Below the pieces are notes generated by a model. That model worked only from the letters and a program-made list of their open reading frames with translations. It made no database searches and was not told where the DNA came from. From positions 162,335 to 226,334 of the forward strand of contig NZ_WHPF01000010.1 of NCBI RefSeq assembly GCF_013106755.1: a DNA stretch of 64,000 nt, in the 5' to 3' direction. This document shows positions 18,516 through 27,512 of this stretch, piece after piece. Position 1 is the stretch's first letter. Each line of letters starts with the position of its first letter. The position numbers and the translations under genes were made by a program. Origin of the DNA: Limnovirga soli (GTDB lineage: Bacteria > Bacteroidota > Bacteroidia > Chitinophagales > Chitinophagaceae).

Positions 18516-21500
18516 TTAAAATTTACTAATCATCCATTTGCCATTGTATACATATTGCAAAGCCGCTACCGGCGATTTTGCTTTTATAAAAACCGGTGTT
18601 TCGGTGGCTATAATTTGTATTTGGCCATTGGTTACAGGCAGGTTTTGTTGATGCATGCTATTGGCACCCGCAGTTGGGGTATATATGGTTACAGAATCTG
18701 TTTGTTTAAAAGTTATTTGACAAGACTGGGAGGCACCGGTTTCAGTAGGCATCCATACGGCATATATGTAACTGCCATTCAAATCATACTCATCTACAAT
18801 TGGATAGGTTTGCAGGGTGCGTTTATAGCGGTAATTGCCCATTAATGCATTGGTTTGAAACAGGTAATCCATAGCTGGTTTACGCTGGTAAACAGAATCT
18901 GTTAAACCCATTGAATTGTATTGGGTGCTGCTATTGATATTATTGTCGTTTAACTCATAAAAGAACGTATGGTTTATACCTTCTCTTTGGTTAACGAGGG
19001 CAGAACGTAAAATCCAGTCGGCCTGCGTTTGCAAAGCGGTTTTATTGCCAATGGCAATGGCCTTACGCGGACTGCCCTGGTTGATATCGAAACCCATTTC
19101 GGTTATCCAAACTGGTTTGCTATAGGCATATTTTTCTGAGAATGAAACAAAAGCTTGAGCAACAGAATCTGCGCCGCCAATTTCAGGTGCTGCACCACGT
19201 GTAGCCACGCCCGACTGGGATTGGCCATTGTCAGTAGAATAGTGGTGATAATTGATTACATCCCAGCAAAGATTGATTGTGCCATCTGCTTTATAACCAC
19301 GGTTTTGTTTACACCATTCAATCATTCCCCTTACATAAGATGGTTTAGACCACGCAATACCATTCATAACTACCTGAATCGTAGAATCTGCATTTTTAAC
19401 GCCCACATCGGGGCCCAAAGCATTTTTGTGGCCATCATAAAATGCAGATAAGGCAGCAGCATATTCGTAAGGACTCATATAACCATTAATGCCTTTCCAC
19501 CATTTATCCAGTTCGTTACCACATTCCATATAGTGTACATAATCCAAACCTATTTTTACGGTATTGGGCGGATCGTTTGTCCACCGTGGGGTAGTATTTA
19601 CTTTTATAAGTGCCGGTGCAATATTTGTATTACTGCCATACCGCGCCGCAAACTGAAATGCTACTTTACCATATTCTATATAAGATTGTGGGTTATCTTT
19701 TGGCAGGCCATATTTCAAAGGAATATTATCAACAGCCTTTAACGAATCTGGCCAGGTATTTTGCATCCAGCTGGCAGTATTTTGTATGCAGGCCAATACT
19801 TCAATGCTATCGCGTTTACAACGTTCGTAGGTTAAGTCATAATCCCAACCGCCGGAATGGGTGGGGTTAAATGTGTATTGCCCTTCTGTATTCTCCAGCT
19901 TTTGCCAATCAATATAATGTCTAAAACCTCTGAAGTTTTGAATAGCGGCATATTTGTCTTCTGCAATAACTCTTGAATTTACAGATGGGCGTACAAAATC
20001 CCATTCAAAAGCATTCATGCCAAGTGTTGTACGAAAAGGGGCATAAGTTCTGGGTTTTTGTAATAAAATAGTTGGTGCTTTATAATAGCCGTAAAATTCT
20101 ATTTCAGTTGGCAGATCGTTACGGTTGCAGCTAATGCCAATGTATTGGATATTGGTAATGGCAGAATCTAACATAAATTGAGCATCGCCTACAATGGTTC
20201 TATCCGGGTAAGGCCCTACCCAAACGTTATAATTACTACCTGTAAAACTGCCAATATTAATACGGGTGCCATCTTTTTTTATTACAAATAATTGTACAGG
20301 GTTGGCGGTAAATACACCTGTATAATCAAACATTTTTATTTGCTTCAGGGTAATAGATTCACCTTCATCAATCGGGTAAAGTGCTTCGTAGGTTGGTTTA
20401 AAACTAGAAGCCCCGGTGTTTATACTTTCAGTCGTTACACCATTAAATAATGAAACCAACCCATTAGGTACATAATTTAGCGTGTACCATCTTTTTGCTT
20501 CGATTGGTATTTTAACAATGGGAATGGTATCCGTTTTTTTAGTGGTATCCAGCTTGCCATAAGCCCAAACTTTTTGAGGGATATTATTACCGTATTTCCT
20601 AACAACGATTGCTTCGGCAGATGGGGTATCCACAAAATTATAGTCTACAAATTCTTTATATTTTAAACCCTGGAAATTGGCTTTTAGCGTAAGCGTACTG
20701 TCATTTTTAATAAATATAGCAGCAGGATTGGTGGTAAAAATACCCGCATCATCGAACAACGATATTTTACTGATTTTATAGGCAGCCGGAAATTTTACTT
20801 CCACATCTACCCATTGCATATTGATGGCATTGAACACAGGCTTTACCAGGCTGTCTGTGCTTTCCAATAACCAGGGGGTATAATCCATACCAGTAATAAT
20901 GCCGGGCTTAACTGAGGTAATAGGCACCTTACTGTCTTCTACCGGCATATGAATCAATTTCATTTCGTCAAATGGCAAAGTGCGGCCAAAGGTTTGTACT
21001 TTTTGTGGTATGTTATTGCCGTATTTTCTTACAATAATGGCATCGGCCTGGGTTCCTTCGGGGATTACCATATCGACAAACTGCTTGTACAATAATCCCT
21101 GAAAAGTGCCTATCAGTTTCATAGAAGTATCCTTAAGTACATATACATAGGCGGGATTGGTGGTAAAAATACCGGCTTCATCATACAACCGTATTTTGGC
21201 TATTTGAGCCCTTTTATCGTTTAATAATAATTTTACGTCGGTGTACTGCAAATTGATGGGTGTGTATACACTTTTTACAAGATCGGTTAGATTATCTGTT
21301 AACCAGGGCTTATAGTTCATTCCTGTATTAACGAATGACTGAATACTATCCGTTAATAAACGAATGGGAGTGGAATCCGCAACAGCACCGGCTATATACT
21401 GGCTTCCATACACCTGCACTTTTTGCGGTATATTATTTCCATATTTTTTCATGGCAATTTTGGTAGCTACTACCGGAAAGGGACTGGCTATATCTACAAA

Positions 21501-21848
21501 AGCCTGGTAGGTTTCGCCGGTAAACTTGCCCAGATAGACTGTATCTGCACCATTGATAGCGTAGAAAAATGCGGGCTGATTGGTAAACACACCTGTATAA
21601 TCATATAAAGAAAGTCGGGTAATATTACTTTTTGCCTGCAGATTAATAATTACGGTGGAATAACTATATTTCTGTAACCATACCGATGGCACGAAAGCAC
21701 TAAGGTTATCATTTAAATAGTTGGAATAATTCCAGGCTGCAAAACTTTGATCTGCTACAGATACAATTGGAATTCTTTGTTCCGATTGCGCAATACTTAA
21801 GCACGGTATGCACAATAATAAAAACAAGCCAACAATTATTTGCTTCAT
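18516..21848 (-). CDS. Large secreted glycoside hydrolase-like protein: N-terminal tandem beta-sandwich-like repeats plus a C-terminal clan GH-A TIM-barrel
   Basis: Signal peptide. Three full and one degenerate repeat of about 140 aa containing KYGNNIPQKV. C-terminal region has a candidate acid/base motif ECGNELD and a candidate nucleophile motif ITEMGFD. Confidence 0.65.
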   Translation of the reverse strand: MKQIIVGLFLLLCIPCLSIAQSEQRIPIVSVADQSFAAWNYSNYLNDNLSAFVPSVWLQKYSYSTVIINLQAKSNITRLSLYDYTGVFTNQPAFFYAINGADTVYLGKFTGETYQAFVDIASPFPVVATKIAMKKYGNNIPQKVQVYGSQYIAGAVADSTPIRLLTDSIQSFVNTGMNYKPWLTDNLTDLVKSVYTPINLQYTDVKLLLNDKRAQIAKIRLYDEAGIFTTNPAYVYVLKDTSMKLIGTFQGLLYKQFVDMVIPEGTQADAIIVRKYGNNIPQKVQTFGRTLPFDEMKLIHMPVEDSKVPITSVKPGIITGMDYTPWLLESTDSLVKPVFNAINMQWVDVEVKFPAAYKISKISLFDDAGIFTTNPAAIFIKNDSTLTLKANFQGLKYKEFVDYNFVDTPSAEAIVVRKYGNNIPQKVWAYGKLDTTKKTDTIPIVKIPIEAKRWYTLNYVPNGLVSLFNGVTTESINTGASSFKPTYEALYPIDEGESITLKQIKMFDYTGVFTANPVQLFVIKKDGTRINIGSFTGSNYNVWVGPYPDRTIVGDAQFMLDSAITNIQYIGISCNRNDLPTEIEFYGYYKAPTILLQKPRTYAPFRTTLGMNAFEWDFVRPSVNSRVIAEDKYAAIQNFRGFRHYIDWQKLENTEGQYTFNPTHSGGWDYDLTYERCKRDSIEVLACIQNTASWMQNTWPDSLKAVDNIPLKYGLPKDNPQSYIEYGKVAFQFAARYGSNTNIAPALIKVNTTPRWTNDPPNTVKIGLDYVHYMECGNELDKWWKGINGYMSPYEYAAALSAFYDGHKNALGPDVGVKNADSTIQVVMNGIAWSKPSYVRGMIEWCKQNRGYKADGTINLCWDVINYHHYSTDNGQSQSGVATRGAAPEIGGADSVAQAFVSFSEKYAYSKPVWITEMGFDINQGSPRKAIAIGNKTALQTQADWILRSALVNQREGINHTFFYELNDNNINSSTQYNSMGLTDSVYQRKPAMDYLFQTNALMGNYRYKRTLQTYPIVDEYDLNGSYIYAVWMPTETGASQSCQITFKQTDSVTIYTPTAGANSMHQQNLPVTNGQIQIIATETPVFIKAKSPVAALQYVYNGKWMISKF
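20540..21650 (-). repeat. Intragenic tandem repeat, about 3.5 copies of about 423 bp, encoding the KYGNNIPQKV-containing domains of the large GH-like protein
   Basis: Recurrent DNA strings (ccgtatttcctaacaa / ccgtattttcttacaa / ccatattttttcatgg) at about 420-bp spacing. The repeated peptide is seen in the translation. Confidence 0.7.
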
Positions 21849-22147
21849 TTGGTGTTATTGGTGCAGGGTATAGCTGCGGTTCAGGAATATGTAAGGGTAT
21901 TACAATGTGCGGTAAAATTATTACAAAAGCACGCAGCAGCAAGGTGTTCAGGTATAAAGTAATATTAAGATAACCAGTTTTTTGGGGTAAAGGAGATTTG
22001 ATTAGTTAAGCCACTTTAAAGTTTTCTAAACAAAATTTAATAAAAACTCCAGCGAAAAATAAACCAATTGCTATTTATACAAATTTATTTACATATATAA
22101 AATGCTATTTATAAATCTTAAAAAGGGGTTATGGTTTTTTTGAATTA

Positions 22148-22789
22148 TCAAAATCCAAAATCTACCACCCGCCTGGAAAATAATTTGTCCTGAATAATCC
22201 AGGTTACCTCGTAGCCATTTTTATTGTCTATACTGTTTAGCATATAAATGTAGATTTTACTTCCATCGTTGGAAAGGTAAACAGCACAATTACATTTGGC
22301 ATCGCTGCTAACATTTCCGGTACAAAATACCGGATCGTACAAATCGTTAATAGCTGTGGCAGGTATTTGTACCGTATCCCGGCCAATGGTTACTAATACT
22401 GATTCTATGGTTTTTTTAGGCATATCGCCCAGTTTGGCGCTAAAAAATGGTTTATTGTCCAGCTTTAAAGTGTATTTATCATCATACAACATTAGTTTGT
22501 GTTTGGTTTTATCGAAGGTACCGGCAGTGATGGTTACCGAAATTTTACCATTAGAAAATTGTACAAGTCCGGGTTTATTCTCCGTTAATGGCAGTTTTGG
22601 CAGGCTTTCTTTATTCAAAGCCTCGTCTAGACTACTAAGGGTAAAAGCCGCCAGTTCGCTACGCAGGCCTTTATCCAGTATTTTTTTATAATTGTCTTTC
22701 TTAGGCCTGTAATCGGGTATATCGCTTATTTGGGCATTGGCAAAACTGTATGACACCAACAAGCAAAACAATAATAAAAACCTTTGCAT
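22148..22789 (-). CDS. Secreted hypothetical protein
   Basis: Signal peptide MQRFLLLFCLLVSYSFANAQ. No recognisable motifs. Confidence 0.5.
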   Translation of the reverse strand: MQRFLLLFCLLVSYSFANAQISDIPDYRPKKDNYKKILDKGLRSELAAFTLSSLDEALNKESLPKLPLTENKPGLVQFSNGKISVTITAGTFDKTKHKLMLYDDKYTLKLDNKPFFSAKLGDMPKKTIESVLVTIGRDTVQIPATAINDLYDPVFCTGNVSSDAKCNCAVYLSNDGSKIYIYMLNSIDNKNGYEVTWIIQDKLFSRRVVDFGF

Positions 22790-22880
22790 AATGTGTTTTT
22801 TGTTGTTAACTGATAGATAACGTTCACCCTATTAAAAAAGTACAAATAACCTGTTGTTTTATGTTGCAAATGGGTTTGCA

Positions 22881-22927
22881 GTACAAGTGTGCGACGCAAG
22901 CATGCCGATAGCGCCTTGCTGCCGGGT
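22881..22927 (-). repeat. Family-1 element (core 22881-22900, box GCCGGGT 22921-22927)
   Basis: Direct read. Confidence 0.85.
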
Positions 22928-22940
22928 ACATAATGCCAAA

Positions 22941-23885
22941 TTATATCTGCAGATTGCTTAACATATCGGCCGTAATACGCTGCAAATCGTATTCATGTTG
23001 CCAACCCCAATCGGCCCGGGCAATGGAGTCATCAATGCTTTGCGGCCAGCTATTGGCAATTTGCTGCCGGTAATCGGGCTTATATTGAATGCTAAAACCG
23101 GGTTTATGCAGGGCAATTTCTGCGGCAATTTCTTTTGGCGAAAAGCTGATGCCCGCAATATTATACGAGGTGCGCACCGATATTTTTTCCGCAGGCGCTT
23201 CCATTAATTCAATGGTAGCTTTTATAGCATCGGGCATATACATCATGGGCAGGTAAGTATCCTCCGTTAAAAAACATTCGTAACTGTTTTGTTCCAGCGC
23301 CTCATGAAAAATTTCAATGGCATAATCGGTAGTGCCGCCACCGGGTGCAGATTTATAGCTAATAAGTCCGGGATACCGCAAACTGCGCACATCTACACCA
23401 AACCGCTTATGATAATAATTGCACCAAAACTCTCCGGCATATTTACTTATGCCATATACCGTTATAGGTTCTATTACAGTTTGCTGGGGGCAGTTTTGTT
23501 TTGGACTGGTGGGCCCAAATACCGCAATGCTGCTTGGCCAATATACTTTGGTAAGTTTTTCTTCACGGGCTATATCCAATACATTTAACAAGCCCTGCAT
23601 ATTCAGGTTCCAGGCAAGGTTGGGATTTTTCTCGCCGGTAGCCGATAAAATGGCAGCCAACAAATAAATCTGCGTAATATTCTGGCGTATTACCTGTACA
23701 TGCAGCATTTCCTTATTCATCACATCCATAGAAACATAGGGCCCGGTACCTTTCAGCAATTCGTTTTCCTCCCGCATGTCAGATGCAATTACATTGCTGT
23801 TGCCATATATTTTTCTAAGGGCCAGCGTAAGTTCTACCCCAATTTGGCCACTGGCGCCAATCACCAATATTTTTTCTTTAACCAT
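22941..23885 (-). CDS. NAD-dependent epimerase/dehydratase (extended SDR), L-threonine 3-dehydrogenase-like
   Basis: Rossmann motif KILVIGASGQIGVELTLALRKIYG. The ATG at 23885 is preferred. Confidence 0.75.
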   Translation of the reverse strand: MVKEKILVIGASGQIGVELTLALRKIYGNSNVIASDMREENELLKGTGPYVSMDVMNKEMLHVQVIRQNITQIYLLAAILSATGEKNPNLAWNLNMQGLLNVLDIAREEKLTKVYWPSSIAVFGPTSPKQNCPQQTVIEPITVYGISKYAGEFWCNYYHKRFGVDVRSLRYPGLISYKSAPGGGTTDYAIEIFHEALEQNSYECFLTEDTYLPMMYMPDAIKATIELMEAPAEKISVRTSYNIAGISFSPKEIAAEIALHKPGFSIQYKPDYRQQIANSWPQSIDDSIARADWGWQHEYDLQRITADMLSNLQI

Positions 23886-23989
23886 TGCGTTTAATTCTAA
23901 GTGGTAAAAATAAAGGTTATCTGTAAAACCTAACAATAATTAGTTATGGATATTTATTAGTTAGAAAACAAGGAAAATTAAATTAGTTA

Positions 23990-24039
23990 GCCGGGCAGCA
24001 GATGCTATATGAGGCTTTACTTGCGTCGCACTCTTGTAC
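23990..24039 (+). repeat. Family-1 element (box GCCGGGCAGCAG; core TTGCGTCGCACTCTTGTAC 24021-24039)
   Basis: Direct read. Confidence 0.85.
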
Positions 24040-24131
24040 TGCAAATCAATAGTCAACAATACTGATGGTCTGTAATTAATCAGGAGTAAAACAGGAGGTA
24101 AAAGCCATCCATAAAAGATGGGGCCTTGCAG

Positions 24132-24965
24132 TTAATCCAGTACCACTTGTTTAATAAAATATCCGGCTGGGAATGTGGCCGTAAAAACATGGTTTGGCTC
24201 AAAAATACCAAAACAGGTACTGCCGCTGCCACTCATGGCTGCATAAACGGCCCCCTGATTATACAATGTTTCACAAATAGTTGTAATTACCGGGTGGGCA
24301 GCCGCAACTGCAACCTGAAAATCGTTGGTTAAACTTTGCCGCCAGTTAACTACCGGTGTTTGTATTAGCTCCAATAAATTTTTATCTGGTATTGCAGGAC
24401 TGATCGCCTTAAAAGCCCAACCCGTATTTACATGTATTCCCGGGTTTACCATTACACATGTATACCCTTTTAACTGTACAGAAACCGGAGTTAATTCCTC
24501 TCCCCTGCCTGTGGCATAACTAGGTTGGTTAACAATAAAAAATGGACAATCGCTGCCCAATTGTAATGCATAGTGTATTAACTGTTGTTCAGTTAAGCCC
24601 AGTTGGTATTTTTTGTTAAGTGCCAGCAGGGTAAAAGCACCATCGGCACTACCACCACCCAGGCCTGCACCCATTGGAATAGCCTTATGCAAATGCATTT
24701 TTACAGGGGGCAATTGTGCAAAATCTTTATGTAAAAGCTGGTAGGCTTTAATACAAAGATTACTATCAGCCGGGCCATCAATGGCTAAGCCGCTGCAACT
24801 AAATTCAACACCGGTAAATTCCTGCTTATTGGGGTGGGTAATTATTTCTAGAGCATCTGTAATTGGAAGAGGATAGAAAACTGTTTCCAGGTTATGAAAT
24901 CCATCATCCCGCCTGCTAATAACATGTAAGCCAAGATTAATTTTGCAATTGGGAAATACAACCAT
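24132..24965 (-). CDS. ispE: 4-diphosphocytidyl-2-C-methyl-D-erythritol kinase
   Basis: KINLGLHVISRRDDGFHNLETVFYPL; GHMP-kinase motif PMGAGLGGGSADGA. Confidence 0.9.
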   Translation of the reverse strand: MVVFPNCKINLGLHVISRRDDGFHNLETVFYPLPITDALEIITHPNKQEFTGVEFSCSGLAIDGPADSNLCIKAYQLLHKDFAQLPPVKMHLHKAIPMGAGLGGGSADGAFTLLALNKKYQLGLTEQQLIHYALQLGSDCPFFIVNQPSYATGRGEELTPVSVQLKGYTCVMVNPGIHVNTGWAFKAISPAIPDKNLLELIQTPVVNWRQSLTNDFQVAVAAAHPVITTICETLYNQGAVYAAMSGSGSTCFGIFEPNHVFTATFPAGYFIKQVVLD

Positions 24966-25007
24966 GTATGCTTTAATTAGGGAAAAAATAGTTGCTATTG
25001 CAGTTAG

Positions 25008-25604
25008 CTATTTGCGCTTATTAATTTCATCGCGAATTGAAATGGCCCTTATATAATCTTCCTGTTCAAGAACGTCATTTAATAAGGTATGTAACTCTTC
25101 CAGGTTTAATTTGCTTAATTCCTCTCTTGAAGCATCCGAGGTAACGGCAGAAGGTTCTTCCACCTGAATATCTGATTTGCGCTTTTTGCCGGTATCTTCC
25201 ATTAAAATGCCTGCACTTTCCAAAATATGATCGTAGGTATAAATAGGGCAGCCAAAACGTACGGCCAATGCCAATGCATCGCTGGTACGGCTATCTATTT
25301 CCACTGTATCATGTTCGCTTATACAAACCAGTTTCGAGTAAAAAATGCCTTCCTGCAAATCACTGATGATAATTTCCATCAGCTCTACATTAAATGCATT
25401 CATAAAATTTTTCATCAGGTCGTGGGTAAGCGGACGACTGGGTTGCATACGTTCCAATGCCACTGCAATAGCCTGTGCTTCAAATCCGCCAATTACAATA
25501 GGTAAACGGCGCAGTCCATTTAGCTCACCCAACACAACTGCATATGAATGCGTTTGTGTTATGCTATGAGAAAGGGCCACAATTTCCAGTTCTATTTTCT
25601 TCAT
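25008..25604 (-). CDS. Bifunctional nuclease family protein (BFN/DUF151 domain plus C-terminal UVR motif)
   Basis: LEIVALSHSITQTHSYAVVLGE...DALALAVRFGCPIYT; C-terminal RAISIRDEINKRK. The ATG at 25604 is preferred; the track's extension runs through a degenerate repeat copy. Confidence 0.75.
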   Translation of the reverse strand: MKKIELEIVALSHSITQTHSYAVVLGELNGLRRLPIVIGGFEAQAIAVALERMQPSRPLTHDLMKNFMNAFNVELMEIIISDLQEGIFYSKLVCISEHDTVEIDSRTSDALALAVRFGCPIYTYDHILESAGILMEDTGKKRKSDIQVEEPSAVTSDASREELSKLNLEELHTLLNDVLEQEDYIRAISIRDEINKRK

Positions 25605-25693
25605 ATCCTGACAAAAAATTTCTATTTGGCAAAAGTAAAGATTTAAAAGACTGTTTAAAAATTCAATTTCCACATACCAGCTATCATTTTTAT

Positions 25694-25726
25694 GGCAGCA
25701 TCCTTGCGTCGCAATCACTTTATCAG
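25694..25726 (+). repeat. Family-1 degenerate/truncated copy (GGCAGCATCCTTGCGTCGCAATCACTTTATCA; same subtype as the copy at 38409-38471)
   Basis: Direct read. Confidence 0.6.
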
Positions 25727-25878
25727 CAAATCATTTGGCAACTCTGGCCTCCGGTACAAAGGGCTTTGTAAAAAATACACCTGTTTCATGCATTTTTTAT
25801 CAACTGCTAATTTCAAAACATAAAAATGGCTGCCATTAGACAATGGCAGCCAATGCACATGAGAAATATTCAAAATGT

Positions 25879-26889
25879 TTACAGATCGGTTGTTTTTAAA
25901 TTTTTGGGGAATTTTACCTCCAGGGTTTGTTTCTTACCGTCGCGGCTAATTTCCACTTTTACAGTATCGCCTTTTTTAACCTCTTTCATTTTTTCTTTAA
26001 AATCATCTACTGAAGTGATGTCTTTACCATTTAAATTGGTAATAATATCCTCTTCTTCAATGCCTGCTTTGGCAGCTGGCTCATCCTCATTTACTTCCAA
26101 TACGGTTACACCTTTACCATCTTCTGTATCCTGTACCTGAAACCCAAAACGGGGTTTATCATCGTTCCAAAAAGATTGTCCACCGGCAAAATCACGTATG
26201 CGTGGCATCATTTCTGGTGCAATTTGCATATTAAAGGCTTCATCATTATCAGCACCAGCCCCATTTCTCCAGCTATATACCCTAACCTGTTTATTTTCCC
26301 CTAAGGTAGCTTCGGTGGTAGCAGGTTTACCATCGCGTAAATAGGCAATGGTTACTTTGTCTTCAGGTTTTAGCTTGCCAATGGTTTTATACAGGTCATC
26401 CGCATCGGTTATGTTTTCATCGCCTACTTTGGTGATGATATCTCCTTCCTTAAGTCCAGCCGCTTCTGCTGCACTTTTATTAGTTACCTCAGTAATTTCA
26501 GCGCCTTTATCAGCCTTTTTTGTCATAACGCCCAAAAAGGCCTTATTGCTTCTCACCTCACGCATAAAATCATCGTTCATCGTGGTGAATCCGTTAGCCT
26601 CCGGTGCTAATGGCGCAATGGGCATTTCCATTTGCAATACGGCCAAATCGCCATCTTTTATAATTTCAATGTTTTTCCCCTTAAAATCAGCAACTGGTTT
26701 ACCGTTAAGTGTTACTTTATTGCCATCAATTACAATGGTCATTTTTTCGTCGGCCTTGCCTTTTTTGCGGATGATGATATTCTCCTCCGTTTTTTTATCA
26801 GTAGTTGATGCTTTTGGTGCATTTTGTGCTGATGCAATGGTTACTGCACAAATACAAGCGAACATTGATAAACTTAGTATCTTTTTCAT
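25879..26889 (-). CDS. Periplasmic protein with two PDZ domains
   Basis: Signal peptide. Two GLK/IEEGDIIT-type PDZ segments, each followed by a V-x-V-x-R-DGK motif. Confidence 0.7.
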   Translation of the reverse strand: MKKILSLSMFACICAVTIASAQNAPKASTTDKKTEENIIIRKKGKADEKMTIVIDGNKVTLNGKPVADFKGKNIEIIKDGDLAVLQMEMPIAPLAPEANGFTTMNDDFMREVRSNKAFLGVMTKKADKGAEITEVTNKSAAEAAGLKEGDIITKVGDENITDADDLYKTIGKLKPEDKVTIAYLRDGKPATTEATLGENKQVRVYSWRNGAGADNDEAFNMQIAPEMMPRIRDFAGGQSFWNDDKPRFGFQVQDTEDGKGVTVLEVNEDEPAAKAGIEEEDIITNLNGKDITSVDDFKEKMKEVKKGDTVKVEISRDGKKQTLEVKFPKNLKTTDL

Positions 26890-27082
26890 GTTATTTATTT
26901 TTACGTCTACGAAATGTTTAGTAGTTCAAATGTAGGGAGTTTTTTCAAATACGAAGAGTTTCGGAAATGTTAAAAGAATTTAATTTTGAATTAGCAACAT
27001 CCAAACTATAAAATATATGGTTGTAATAGCCGTTTGCCTATTTAGTTTAAATATTCGTTATTAAGAAAAAAAATCACTACAA

Positions 27083-27364
27083 ATGAATAAACAACCTTCA
27101 CTGGTATTTTGCCTTTTAATGGATTTGCTTGGCAGTATTACCTATATCATTCCAGGTATTGGTGAAACGGCCGATATTATTTGGGCACCTATATCGGGTT
27201 ATCTGTTTTATAAAACTTTTGGTGGGCGTAAAGCAGCTATTGGTGGCCTGTTTAACTTTGCAGAAGAACTGCTGCTGTTTACCGATATCATTCCCAGCTT
27301 TACCATTATGTGGCTTATACAGCGCTTTTATGCCAATAAGCCATTACCAATTTTGCCGCTATGA
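27083..27364 (+). CDS. Small membrane protein, hypothetical
   Basis: 93 aa with two hydrophobic helices. Its stop codon and last codons lie inside a family-2 repeat copy. Confidence 0.45.
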   Translation: MNKQPSLVFCLLMDLLGSITYIIPGIGETADIIWAPISGYLFYKTFGGRKAAIGGLFNFAEELLLFTDIIPSFTIMWLIQRFYANKPLPILPL

Positions 27365-27393
27365 AAGCGGAACCCTGAACCGAGCGTGGCAAG
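27355..27393 (+). repeat. Family-2 element (GCCGCTATGAAAGCGGAACCCTGAACCGAGCGTGGCAAG); supplies the stop codon of the small membrane-protein gene
   Basis: Direct read. Confidence 0.75.
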
Positions 27394-27512
27394 CAAAGTT
27401 CCTTTTTATTCTACAGTTTAGTCCCAAAAAACAAATAACCAAAAGACAAAAAGCTTTAAAATAATTACCCAATTTTATTTTTACCAATTTGGGGTAATTA
27501 TTATATTTATAC

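Noticed and set aside
21849-22147. Possible terminator (AAAAAGGGGTTATGGTTTTTTT) near 22121-22142 and a similar string at 5555-5600
   Set aside because: The stem pairing is weak, only 4-5 bp. It may simply be A/T-rich spacer. The two loci do share the string AAAAAGGGGTTATGGTT, which may be another minor repeat, but two copies are insufficient evidence.
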